A stretch of 64,000 bases of DNA. It comes from a phage. Location: the NCBI GenBank assembly GCA_014816185.1, contig GCA_014816185.1_4095.1. One strand, 5' to 3'. Below the pieces are notes generated by a model. It was not told the DNA's origin and did no database searches. It saw nothing but the letters and a program-made list of their open reading frames with translations. Positions within the stretch are counted from its first letter, which is position 1. Every line of letters starts with the position of its first letter. The position numbers were made by a program, and so were the translations under genes. Shown one piece after another: positions 43,738 through 60,943 of this stretch.

Positions 43738-46056
43738 ATGATTAACGTAACCAAGCGTAATGGAATGAAAGAGCCGTTATCATTGGATAAGATCCATCAA
43801 ATTTTATTTTTCGCTGCTGAAGGGTTAAGTGGTATTTCCGTTTCTGAAATTGAAATCCGTGCACAGCTTCAGTTTTATGAAGGTATTGAAACCAGTACTA
43901 TTCATGATATTCTAATAAAAGCAGCAGCAGAACTTATTTCTGAAGATACGCCTAACTATCAATACGTTGCTGGAAGATTATTAAACTATAGTATTCGTAA
44001 GCAAGTATATGGACAGTATGACCCAATTAAGTATACTGCTCATCTTCAAGAAATGGTAGATACTAAAATATATGATCCTGAAATTTTGGAGAAATATACT
44101 CTTCAAGAAATTGAAGAGCTTGGACGTTACATCAAACATAAACGTGATGATAAATTCACTTATGTTGCTATGCGTCAGTGGGAAGGAAAGTATCTATATA
44201 AGAATCGCGTAACTAAGAAAATCTACGAAACTCCACAAATGGCATATATGACCATTGCAGCAATCATCTTTATGGAGTATGATCGCTCTGTACGTATGTC
44301 TTATGTTAAGAAGTTTTATGATGCTGTTAGTAACTTTGATATCAGTCTCCCGACTCCTATCATGGCTGGTCTACGTACCAATACACGTCAGTTTAGTTCT
44401 TGTGTAGTACTAAACGTTGGAGATAGTCTAGATAGTATTGGTTCTTCTAACCACGCTATACTACGTTATATTTCCCGTAAAGCTGGACTTGGTATCAATA
44501 TGGGCCGCATTCGTGCTCTGGACTCCGAGATTCGTTCAGGCGATGCAGTACACACTGGTTTGATTCCTTTCATTGCATCAACTGCTAAGACCGTTAAAAG
44601 CTGCTCTCAAGGTGGTGTACGTGGTGGTGCAGCAACAGTCCACTTCCCATTGTGGCATTTGGAATTTGACAATCTTGTAGTACTGAAAAATAACAAAGGT
44701 ACTGAGTTCAACCGTGTTCGACAACTTGACTATTGTTTCCAAGTGAACAAAACACTATATCAACGTTTAGTGGATGGCAAGAATATTACATTCTTTAGTC
44801 CTAATGAAGTTCCTGGGCTATATGAAGCATTCTGTTCTAACCAAAAAGAATTTGAAAAGCTGTACAAGAAGTATGAAGCTGATCCAAGCATTCGTAAAAA
44901 ATCTGTATCTGCTGTTGAAGTATTCAGTACTCTAATGACTGAGCGTGCAGAAACTGGTCGTATCTATATTCAAAACATTGACCATGCAAACACACACTCA
45001 ACCTTTATTGAATCAATTGCACCAATTGAACAATCCAACTTGTGTCAAGAAATCGCACTACCATCTGTGCCATTTGATGATATTAATACTGGCGAAGGTT
45101 TGATTAGTCTATGTACTTTGAGTGCAATCAACTGGGGTAACTTTGACCGCCCAGAAGATATGGAAACTGCTTGTGATCTTTCTGTACGTGCTCTTGATTC
45201 TCTATTGGATTATCAAGACTACCCAGTAGTTCATGCTGACCGTGCAACTAAAATGTATCGCCCATTAGGTGTTGGTATCATTAACTTTGCATACTTCCTT
45301 GCTAAACGTGGTTTACGTTATAATGAAGCAGCATTAGAAACAGTTAACGAGTGGGCTGAAGCATGGTCTTACTATCTAATTAAATCTTCTGTACAGCTTG
45401 CTAAAGAGAAAGGTAAGTGTGAAGGTTTTGACACACTAAAATATGCTAAAGGTATTCTACCAATTGATACCTATAAAGAAGATATTGATGCGTTGGTATC
45501 TCCTGAACTAAAACAAGATTGGGAAACATTGCGTCAGGATATCAAACAATATGGTATTCGTAACGCAACAACTATGGCACTGATGCCAGCAGAAACTAGT
45601 GCACAAATCAGTAACAGTACTAATGGTATTGAGAAACCTCGTTCACTTGTAACTAAGAAACTATCTAAAGATGGTATTCTTAAACAAGTCGTTCCTGAAA
45701 TCAATAAGTTGAAAAACAAATATGATTTACTATGGGATCAGAAAGATAACATCGGTTATCTACAAATCTGTGGTGTTCTTCAGAAATACATTGACCAAAG
45801 TATTAGTGTGAATACCAGTTACAATCCAGCACACTTCCCTGATGGTAAGTTGCCAATGTCAACACTACTAACTGAACTAATGTATGCATACAAAGTTGGT
45901 TTGAAAAATCTGTATTATCATAATACTAATGATGGTTCTGATGAAGTGGATGTTGAGAAAGTACTAAAAGAAGCTGCAAAACCAGAATCAGGACAGTTTG
46001 TGTTGCCTACACTACCTGACTTAGATGAAGGTGATTGTGATAGTTGTAAGATCTAA
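43738..46056 (+). CDS. nrdA: ribonucleotide reductase large subunit (class Ia NrdA)
   Basis: 772 aa; N-terminal ATP-cone, C-terminal CDSCKI cysteine pair; adjacent nrdB. Confidence 0.95.
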   Translation: MINVTKRNGMKEPLSLDKIHQILFFAAEGLSGISVSEIEIRAQLQFYEGIETSTIHDILIKAAAELISEDTPNYQYVAGRLLNYSIRKQVYGQYDPIKYTAHLQEMVDTKIYDPEILEKYTLQEIEELGRYIKHKRDDKFTYVAMRQWEGKYLYKNRVTKKIYETPQMAYMTIAAIIFMEYDRSVRMSYVKKFYDAVSNFDISLPTPIMAGLRTNTRQFSSCVVLNVGDSLDSIGSSNHAILRYISRKAGLGINMGRIRALDSEIRSGDAVHTGLIPFIASTAKTVKSCSQGGVRGGAATVHFPLWHLEFDNLVVLKNNKGTEFNRVRQLDYCFQVNKTLYQRLVDGKNITFFSPNEVPGLYEAFCSNQKEFEKLYKKYEADPSIRKKSVSAVEVFSTLMTERAETGRIYIQNIDHANTHSTFIESIAPIEQSNLCQEIALPSVPFDDINTGEGLISLCTLSAINWGNFDRPEDMETACDLSVRALDSLLDYQDYPVVHADRATKMYRPLGVGIINFAYFLAKRGLRYNEAALETVNEWAEAWSYYLIKSSVQLAKEKGKCEGFDTLKYAKGILPIDTYKEDIDALVSPELKQDWETLRQDIKQYGIRNATTMALMPAETSAQISNSTNGIEKPRSLVTKKLSKDGILKQVVPEINKLKNKYDLLWDQKDNIGYLQICGVLQKYIDQSISVNTSYNPAHFPDGKLPMSTLLTELMYAYKVGLKNLYYHNTNDGSDEVDVEKVLKEAAKPESGQFVLPTLPDLDEGDCDSCKI

Positions 46057-46062
46057 TTAAAG

Positions 46063-46087
46063 ATCCCGCTTCGGCGGGATTTATTTC
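46063..46087 (+). terminator. Rho-independent terminator
   Basis: ATCCCGC-ttcg-GCGGGAT followed by TTATTTC. Confidence 0.7.
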
Positions 46088-46101
46088 ATAGGAGTGATAT
46101 A

Positions 46102-46875
46102 ATGAAAGTTGACTATCGTAGTCCAATAGATATTGGATTCATAGAAGAATTTTGGGATGATCTTGATATGGATATGATTGTTCGCTATCAAAAACTCCCA
46201 CAAGACTTTATAAAAAAACATTTTGATAAAATGAACCCTAATATGTTAGTTCGATATCAAACAATGTCAACTGATTTTCTTAAAGAAAAGTGGGAGTGGT
46301 TTGATAAAAATGTTATTGCACAATATGTAGTCATGCCAATGGAATTGATTATGGAAAAATGGAATGACTTCAAAGATAACTTTCTTGATACTGTTGTTAA
46401 GTATCAAAAACTAACACAAGATTTTATTCAAGACAAATGGAATGACCTTGTTGAATTTAGAGATGGTGTAATGTCGGAAATTTCCAGATATCAAAAACTA
46501 ACACTTGATTTCATTAAAGATAAATGGGATTATATTGATAAGAACTATATTTCATATTACCAAACTTTAACGGTTGATTTTATCAAAGATAATATTACTG
46601 AATTAAATGTTGCAGCAGTATCAGCATTTCAAATACTATCGGATGATATACGCTCATTGATGGGATTAGAAGCACCAGCAAAAACTATTACTGGTAATCA
46701 AATACTCGCGTTGGACCCATGTGCCGATGGTATGGCTCGATACAATGCTCATACACCTGACAATAATAAAGTTTTGACATGGAATGAACTACTTACACTA
46801 CACTTGGGTTCACAAGAAGGAATTAGTGATATCCATTGGCTATCATATAAATTGGGTCATAAAATTAATACATAA
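46102..46875 (+). CDS. tandem-repeat protein (about seven degenerate ~24-aa repeats)
   Basis: 257 aa; repeats of the form DFIK-x-KW-x3-DKN-x4-YQ-x-L-T. Confidence 0.6.
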   Translation: MKVDYRSPIDIGFIEEFWDDLDMDMIVRYQKLPQDFIKKHFDKMNPNMLVRYQTMSTDFLKEKWEWFDKNVIAQYVVMPMELIMEKWNDFKDNFLDTVVKYQKLTQDFIQDKWNDLVEFRDGVMSEISRYQKLTLDFIKDKWDYIDKNYISYYQTLTVDFIKDNITELNVAAVSAFQILSDDIRSLMGLEAPAKTITGNQILALDPCADGMARYNAHTPDNNKVLTWNELLTLHLGSQEGISDIHWLSYKLGHKINT

Positions 46876-46887
46876 AGGAATATATAT

Positions 46888-48012
46888 ATGTCAGTTTTCA
46901 AAATTAATGAGAAGTCTCACCTAGAAAAGAATATGTTTTTTGATGAAAGTGTTGATATCCAACGCTTTGAAAGTAACAAATACTCTACACTTGAAAAACT
47001 AACAGAACAACAGAAAAGTTTCTTCTGGACACCAGGTGAAGTTGACGTATCTAAAGATAAAATTGATTTTGCTAACCTCAATGATTCTGAGAAGCATATC
47101 TTTACATCAAACTTAAAACGTCAAATCCTTCTTGATTCAGTTCAAGGTCGTGGTCCTAACCTAATGCTACTACCATATGCATCTCTACCTGAACTTGAAA
47201 ACTTTATTGAAACATGGGCGTTCTTTGAAGGTGCTATTCATAGTAAATCATATACACATATTATTCGTAACATTTATCCTAATCCATCTGAAGTTTTTGA
47301 TACTATGTTGGACATTCCAGAAATCACTGATTGTGCTGCTGATGTTTCAAAATACTATGATGACCTTGATGAACTCGGAACATTGTATCGTGCATTGGGT
47401 GAAGGCACTCATACTGTTAATGGTAAAACTATTGAAATTAATATGTATGACCTAAAGAAAAAACTATGGTTATGTTTGAATAGTATTAACATTCTTGAAG
47501 GTGTTCGTTTCTATGCTAGTTTTGCTTGTTCATGGGCATTTGCAGAGAACAACCTCATGGAAGGTAATGCAAAGATTATCCGTCTAATTTGTCGTGATGA
47601 AAACCTTCATCTAGCAGCAACACAAATGATTTTACGTCTTCTAAAGAAAGAAGATCCAGATATGGTAAAAATTGCCGAAGAGTGCTATGATGAAGTACTG
47701 GAAATGTTTATGTCTGCTATTCGACAAGAAGAAGCCTGGGCAGATTTCCTCTTTAAAGATGGTTCTATTATTGGATTGAACTCTGAAATTCTTAAACAGT
47801 ATGTCCGCTGGATTGGTTCTAAGCGTATGACGGCACTTGGTATCAAATGTCCATATACTGTATCCAAGAGTAACCCACTACCTTGGACTGAGCATTGGGT
47901 TAGTGGTGGTTCAGTACAAGTTGCACCACAAGAAACTGAAATAAGTTCTTATATCATTGGTGGTATTGTGAATGATATCCAAGTAGATACATTCACACCA
48001 TTCAAACTATAA
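46888..48012 (+). CDS. nrdB: ribonucleotide reductase small subunit (NrdB)
   Basis: 374 aa following nrdA; FFWTPGEVDVSKD and conserved C-terminal region. Confidence 0.9.
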   Translation: MSVFKINEKSHLEKNMFFDESVDIQRFESNKYSTLEKLTEQQKSFFWTPGEVDVSKDKIDFANLNDSEKHIFTSNLKRQILLDSVQGRGPNLMLLPYASLPELENFIETWAFFEGAIHSKSYTHIIRNIYPNPSEVFDTMLDIPEITDCAADVSKYYDDLDELGTLYRALGEGTHTVNGKTIEINMYDLKKKLWLCLNSINILEGVRFYASFACSWAFAENNLMEGNAKIIRLICRDENLHLAATQMILRLLKKEDPDMVKIAEECYDEVLEMFMSAIRQEEAWADFLFKDGSIIGLNSEILKQYVRWIGSKRMTALGIKCPYTVSKSNPLPWTEHWVSGGSVQVAPQETEISSYIIGGIVNDIQVDTFTPFKL

Positions 48013-48025
48013 ATTGTAACTAACA

Positions 48026-48049
48026 GGGATTCTATGAATCCCTTTTCTT
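48026..48049 (+). terminator. Rho-independent terminator
   Basis: GGGATTC-tat-GAATCCC followed by TTTTCTT. Confidence 0.75.
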
Positions 48050-48062
48050 ATGGGTATAATAT

Positions 48063-49663
<1,601 letters not shown>

Positions 49664-49664
49664 T

Positions 49665-51101
<1,437 letters not shown>

Positions 51102-51186
51102 TGTTAATCTCCAATCTTATTGTTATTTTTATAAAGTATTTACCCAATTTTACGTTTTACATAGTTTATATGGAGAAAGAAGTAAT

Positions 51187-52489
<1,303 letters not shown>

Positions 52490-52495
52490 CTTGAA

Positions 52496-53860
52496 ATGTA
52501 TAAATCAGTCGAGGGAATGATGAGTAAAATTAAGCTTACGGATAAGCAACAAGAAATCTTTGATGATTTTATAGATCGTGTTTACAACTATGCAGGTAAA
52601 ACAATTTCAGTTTTATCTGCACCAGCAGGAACTGGAAAAACATTCACTACTGCTGAGATTGTAAAAGCACTATGTAAAAATTATAATATTGCAGTAACTT
52701 CACCTACACATAAAGCCAATGCTGTTATTCGTAATATGCTAATTAATAATGCTGGTCTTACTAAGGAAGATGCACAAGTTAGTACTATACACTCTTTTTT
52801 AGGATTAAAATTAGTATATGAAAAGAATCGTCAAGTACTGAAGCATGATCCACAAAGTAAAGTTAGTAATACTAACGTTGACATTCTTATTGTTGATGAG
52901 TGTAGTATGATTTCAGATGAACTATTCCAGCACATACAAGACCAATTGTGGCGTGTCCGTAGAGCAGTTTTATTCATTGGTGATCGTTGTCAATTGCCTC
53001 CAGTTGAGTCAGAAGGAACAATGGGCGAGACTAAATTGTCTCCTACGTTTGATGTACCTGTTCAATATGAGTTAACTGAGGTTTTACGACAAGCATTAGA
53101 TAATCCGATTCTGGCAGTTGCAACTGCTATTCGTGAGTGTATTGGAACTAGTAAAAATCCATTTGATATTATGCACCAAACATATGGTTTAAGCACTATT
53201 ACACCTATTGATGATGAAGATTTGTTTTTGAATGTTTATCGTGAATTTATTATGGAAAACAAGGGTTCATCTAAAAAAATATTTGATTTCGTAAATGAAA
53301 ATAAAATCTTAGCATATACTAACTATCGAGTTAATTTGGCTAATATTTACATTAGAAGTCAACTATTTGAAGTACCAGATGAATTTACTAAAGGTGAACC
53401 AATTGTTTTTGAAAGCATAACTGAGAATAGTCCATATGTAGTACAACAAATTATACAATGTCCTGAAGTGAAACGTGAAAGTTTTATGGGGATTGATTGT
53501 TGGCAATTCCGTTTACCTAATGGTAGTTATATTTTAGGCGTAGGACCAGAAACAAGAATTGCAATGGACGAAAAACTAGATAAACTTGTTAAGGATATTG
53601 AGAAAAAAGAAATAAATCCATTGACAAAGAAACCATATATGTGGCAGGATTACTATGTAATTAAGAACAAATTACATATCATCAATTATCCTTATGCAAC
53701 CACTGTTCATAAATCACAAGGAAGTACTTTTGATAACATTTGGTTTGATACTGATTTTATTGAACGTATTGGTACAAATGATACTAAGTGTAGAATTTTA
53801 TACACTGCCATGACACGCCCACGCTATAGTGTTATGTTGAGGCAAAATGCACGATTCTAA
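52496..53860 (+). CDS. dda: Dda-like SF1B DNA helicase
   Basis: 454 aa; Walker A SAPAGTGKTF, Walker B ILIVDECSM, C-terminal ATTVHKSQGSTFD. Confidence 0.88.
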   Translation: MYKSVEGMMSKIKLTDKQQEIFDDFIDRVYNYAGKTISVLSAPAGTGKTFTTAEIVKALCKNYNIAVTSPTHKANAVIRNMLINNAGLTKEDAQVSTIHSFLGLKLVYEKNRQVLKHDPQSKVSNTNVDILIVDECSMISDELFQHIQDQLWRVRRAVLFIGDRCQLPPVESEGTMGETKLSPTFDVPVQYELTEVLRQALDNPILAVATAIRECIGTSKNPFDIMHQTYGLSTITPIDDEDLFLNVYREFIMENKGSSKKIFDFVNENKILAYTNYRVNLANIYIRSQLFEVPDEFTKGEPIVFESITENSPYVVQQIIQCPEVKRESFMGIDCWQFRLPNGSYILGVGPETRIAMDEKLDKLVKDIEKKEINPLTKKPYMWQDYYVIKNKLHIINYPYATTVHKSQGSTFDNIWFDTDFIERIGTNDTKCRILYTAMTRPRYSVMLRQNARF

Positions 53861-53943
53861 AAGACTAAATGTTATACGTAAATATTTTTGATTTTTAATA
53901 ATAAATAATCAAAAGTGTTTTGTATTATGGAGAAGAATATACA

Positions 53944-54510
53944 ATGAACAATTTACTACAAGTATTTAAAATTGAAGTTGCAGGGACGAACCTAGATAAT
54001 ATCCCATATTATATGTATGGTGATTATGATTCATCTTCCCCAACAACCGCACCGACTGACCAGCAAACTATTGATAAGTCAATTGCACTTTTGCGTTACC
54101 TACAACTTTCTCGTTTGCTTTCAACTTATTCAGTACCAGTTTATAGCAATGTTGAATTTGCTACACCAGGAACTGCAAAAACGATTCCAACTGGTGCAAC
54201 AATCACCGTTGGATATATTAGTTATCAACCTTTTCTTAGTACTTTGAGTGTTGCAGAACAAGCAGCACTAACTACTGAAGATATGAAAACAGCAAAAGCT
54301 GCTGAGATTATCCAAACACTAATCAATGATTCATTGAAAGGTAATGGCACTAATGCACTAGAAAATGAAGAAATTACTGTACAAAAAACCATACAACGTA
54401 TCAAGAATGCTCTTACTACGAGTACTGTTGATTTTATTGAGTATGAGAACGTGTATCTTAATGTTCCTTCTGTTTCTGATGCATCTGTAGTATCTTACGT
54501 TAAATTATAA
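53944..54510 (+). CDS. hypothetical protein (about 189 aa)
   Basis: ORF 53920-54510 (TTG); likely ATG 53944 after GGAGAAG. Confidence 0.5.
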   Translation: MNNLLQVFKIEVAGTNLDNIPYYMYGDYDSSSPTTAPTDQQTIDKSIALLRYLQLSRLLSTYSVPVYSNVEFATPGTAKTIPTGATITVGYISYQPFLSTLSVAEQAALTTEDMKTAKAAEIIQTLINDSLKGNGTNALENEEITVQKTIQRIKNALTTSTVDFIEYENVYLNVPSVSDASVVSYVKL

Positions 54511-54533
54511 TTTTATAACATGGAGTTCTTGAC

Positions 54534-54728
54534 ATGACTGACAAAACATTTTATGATCGTATTATTGAAGACAAGGGAGTTTTTGATAAGGTAGTTTATG
54601 ACCTAGAACTTATGATCAAAGACGCACCGAACCCCCGTGTGCGAACCCAAGCAGAATTTGCAAAAACTTATCTTGTTCAAGTTCAAGCAATCTGTGAAGC
54701 AATTAAAAAACACAATGATAGTGCTTGA
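54534..54728 (+). CDS. hypothetical protein (64 aa)
   Basis: Complete small ORF; stop overlaps the -35 of the IF-3 promoter. Confidence 0.4.
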   Translation: MTDKTFYDRIIEDKGVFDKVVYDLELMIKDAPNPRVRTQAEFAKTYLVQVQAICEAIKKHNDSA

Positions 54729-54753
54729 CAGAACTAATGTTCTATCCTATAAT
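54725..54753 (+). promoter_or_regulatory. sigma70 consensus promoter upstream of IF-3 gene
   Basis: TTGACA 54725-54730, 17-nt spacer, TATAAT 54748-54753. Confidence 0.65.
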
Positions 54754-54797
54754 TACTATCGAACAAAACATTAAAATCATATTGGAGCTTTTATTAC

Positions 54798-55860
<1,063 letters not shown>

Positions 55861-55875
55861 AATATAGACTTAAAA

Positions 55876-58037
<2,162 letters not shown>

Positions 58038-58038
<1 letters not shown>

Positions 58039-58829
58039 TGCCAAGTAAGAGTAAAAGTCAGGCTAAATTCTTCGCAGCCGCCGCACACAATCCAGAATTT
58101 GCAAAGAAAGCTGGAATTTCACAAAGTGCTGCTAAAGAATGGAATGCCGCTGATGAAAAGGAAGGAAATCTTAAAAAAAGTTCTAAACTTCCTAATAAAG
58201 TAAAAGAAGCAAGTATGCGTAGTTTAGTCGATATTGTACAAGATGCAGAATTAGCTGATACAGACGACAGAACTTGTGATATAATGGATTCATGTGAAGA
58301 CGACAAAGATAAGTTGGATGAAATGCCACAACGTTTCGATAGTTTTCAAGGTCAAGACCGAGACGAGTTTGTCGATAAAACTGCCGAAATGACAGGTAAG
58401 CACAACATGGTTAAGTTCGCAGAACATAAAGACTATGATGTATATATGAACAAAAACGGTACTGGATTTATCGCTTACGATAAGTCTGGTAAACAGCTTG
58501 CTATAGTTAGTGGGCATTTATCCAATGATGCAGTACTTGGTGTTCAAAACGTTTTTGAAATTGCCGCAACTGCTTCTAAAACTGGAACTAAAGGTATAAT
58601 TTATAATATCTTTATGGATATGATATCACATGGTATTAAAGTTCTGAGTGATAGTCTGCATACTGATGATGCAATTAAATTCTGGACCCGTTTAATTGGT
58701 TCCCATCAAGTTTATATTGTTGGTGGTGGTGAAGTACTTGCAAAGGCGAGTCCAGATAAGGTTCATAAGTACTGGAGTGATGATGAATCAAGTCCAAGTG
58801 CCGAACTTCAACTTATGTTAGTAAAATAA
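58038..58829 (+). CDS. hypothetical protein (263 aa)
   Basis: Complete ORF overlapping previous stop; basic N-terminal segment. Confidence 0.5.
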
Positions 58830-58833
58830 TAAT

Positions 58834-58865
58834 ATATCGGGACAAATCGTTCCGATATTTTTTTT
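58834..58865 (+). terminator. Rho-independent terminator
   Basis: ATATCGG-(11 nt)-CCGATAT followed by TTTTTTTT. Confidence 0.6.
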
Positions 58866-58894
58866 GAGACAAAAAAAAACATTGGTGATACAAT
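58865..58894 (+). promoter_or_regulatory. early promoter (TGAGAC -35, TGaTACAAT)
   Basis: TGAGAC 58865-58870, 18-nt spacer, TG-a-TACAAT 58886-58894. Confidence 0.45.
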
Positions 58895-58928
58895 GTTTTA
58901 TGACAAAGAGACATGATAAGGAATTCAA

Positions 58929-60893
58929 ATGGCTAAGAAAGAAAGTGCTGTTCTACAGGAACATGATGTTCAACGACTAAATGATTATCAACATGCTCGT
59001 TTGCGTACCGAGATGTATCTTGGTTCTCGTTCAGTGCATGAAAGTCAAGTACTGATTTTTGGTGAATCAGGTTATGAGGTTAAGAACGTAGAATGGGTTC
59101 CTGCAATTCTTACTGCTACACGTGAAATTATTGATAACAGCTTAGATGAATTTAAAAAAGCTGGAACCAAAGAACCTGTTTTGAAAGTTGATTTCAATGA
59201 AGAAGAACTATCATTTGAAATTAGTGACAATGGACGTGGTATTCCAATTGATTATGTTCCAGAGTATCAGAAAAACTTGTGTACTATGGTAATGACTGAA
59301 ACAAAAACAGGCCGTAACTTTGACGATTCAAAACGTGATGAAACGATTGGTCAGAATGGTTTAGGTGGTTCTGTTGCAATGATTGTCAGTTCTAAGGCAG
59401 AGTTAGAAATTCATCGCCAAGGTCGTCCGTATAAAACACAAAGTAGTAATGATGGTTATGATGGGTTTTATAAGTTCAATCAGAAGTTTGAGGAAGGAAC
59501 TATTATGTTCCCTGAGCTTCATGTACACGAACCTACTATTAGAAAGGTACAAACCGATAAAACTGGAACAACAATTCGTTTTACTTTGAGTAAAGAAGTT
59601 TTTCCAAACAGAAAACTACCAACCGAATTACTTTATAGTATTCTTAAAGAAATGGCAGCAGCTAACCCAACTTATAAAATCTTTCTGAACGGGAAACGTA
59701 TTGCTATTAAAGGAAACACTGAAAAAGCACTCTTCAATGCATCTAAATTAATGCAGTTGAATGTTAAAGATGATTCATTCAATTTTAACAGTACTTTTTA
59801 TATTGTTCCTAATGCAGTAGCTGGCATGAACACGAATTTCCATATGCATGGGTTGGTTAACAATGCTCCTGCATTTGATGGTGGTACACATCTTGATACA
59901 TTCAAGAAATTCTTCTCACTCGGTGTAGGAACTGCACTAGAGAAAGAATCTAAGAAACGTAGGATGAAACCTAATCGTTCTGATATTGAAGAAGGTTTGT
60001 TGATTTATAATGTCACAACTATGAAAGCACCTTCATTCAACTCACAGATTAAATCTAAACTAACTAATGAAAACGTAATCCGTCCAATTCAACAAGCTAT
60101 GAATACCGAATGGTTTGATGAATTAGTTAAGAAGAACAAAGAATGGGTTGATGAAATCTTCGAACGTTGTGCTGCCCGTACAAATAAGAAAGATGCAGAA
60201 GAAGATCGTCGCCTAGCAAAGAAACTTCTAAAAGGTAAAGTTGCAAAACTATTGGATAGTACTGGAACAGACCGTTCACAGTGTATTCTATTGATTGCAG
60301 AAGGTGACTCTGCAATTTCCAACATGGCTAGTGCTCGTATACCAAGTATTCATGGTATTCTACCATTGCGTGGGAAAATTATGAACGTCAGTGGTACTGA
60401 GAAAACCAAAGAATTAATGGATTCAATGGCTTTACATGATATAATGGCTAGTATCAACTTAGTTCCAGGTGTTAAAGCAGAACGTTCTGAACTAAACTAT
60501 GGCAAGCTTTACATCTGTGCTGATGAAGATGAAGATGGGAAGAACATTGGTGCTCTAGTGTGTAACTTCTTATTTAAATTCTGGCCTGAATTGTTTCAAG
60601 ACCCAGAAAATCCATTTGTGTATGTATTCAAAACACCATTTATCATTCTTGAGAAAGGTAAAGAATCAAAATACTACTATGGTCATAATGTGCATGAATA
60701 TAACCCAGATGATTGGAAAGGCTGGAAAGCAACGCGTGCAAAAGGTTTAGGAACTTTAGAAAAAGCAAACTTCCGTGATGCATTCACTAATAGTGTTGCA
60801 GTAGCGATCACCGATGATGGCCGTCTTGGTGAAACTCTTGATTTGATTTTCAACAAGAAACGTGCAGATGATCGTAAGAACTGGATGGAATAA
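58929..60893 (+). CDS. gp39: DNA topoisomerase II large subunit (GyrB-like; T4 gp39 and gp60 equivalents fused)
   Basis: 654 aa; ATPase-region IDNSLDE and TOPRIM LLIAEGDSA; size matches uninterrupted gp39+gp60. Confidence 0.88.
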   Translation: MAKKESAVLQEHDVQRLNDYQHARLRTEMYLGSRSVHESQVLIFGESGYEVKNVEWVPAILTATREIIDNSLDEFKKAGTKEPVLKVDFNEEELSFEISDNGRGIPIDYVPEYQKNLCTMVMTETKTGRNFDDSKRDETIGQNGLGGSVAMIVSSKAELEIHRQGRPYKTQSSNDGYDGFYKFNQKFEEGTIMFPELHVHEPTIRKVQTDKTGTTIRFTLSKEVFPNRKLPTELLYSILKEMAAANPTYKIFLNGKRIAIKGNTEKALFNASKLMQLNVKDDSFNFNSTFYIVPNAVAGMNTNFHMHGLVNNAPAFDGGTHLDTFKKFFSLGVGTALEKESKKRRMKPNRSDIEEGLLIYNVTTMKAPSFNSQIKSKLTNENVIRPIQQAMNTEWFDELVKKNKEWVDEIFERCAARTNKKDAEEDRRLAKKLLKGKVAKLLDSTGTDRSQCILLIAEGDSAISNMASARIPSIHGILPLRGKIMNVSGTEKTKELMDSMALHDIMASINLVPGVKAERSELNYGKLYICADEDEDGKNIGALVCNFLFKFWPELFQDPENPFVYVFKTPFIILEKGKESKYYYGHNVHEYNPDDWKGWKATRAKGLGTLEKANFRDAFTNSVAVAITDDGRLGETLDLIFNKKRADDRKNWME

Positions 60894-60904
60894 TATAGAC
60901 TAAT

Positions 60905-60927
60905 GGGGAACATGGTGTTCCCCTTTT
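60905..60927 (+). terminator. Rho-independent terminator
   Basis: GGGGAACA-tgg-TGTTCCCC followed by TTTTACC; same stem as hairpin at 17282-17300. Confidence 0.65.
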
Positions 60928-60943
60928 ACCAAGAGACAATGGA

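Noticed and set aside
53888-53912. Imperfect palindrome TTGATT-N13-AATCAA upstream of the 53944 gene
   Set aside because: Arms are short and imperfect in an AT-rich region; likely chance, though it overlaps an AATAAATA late-promoter-like string.
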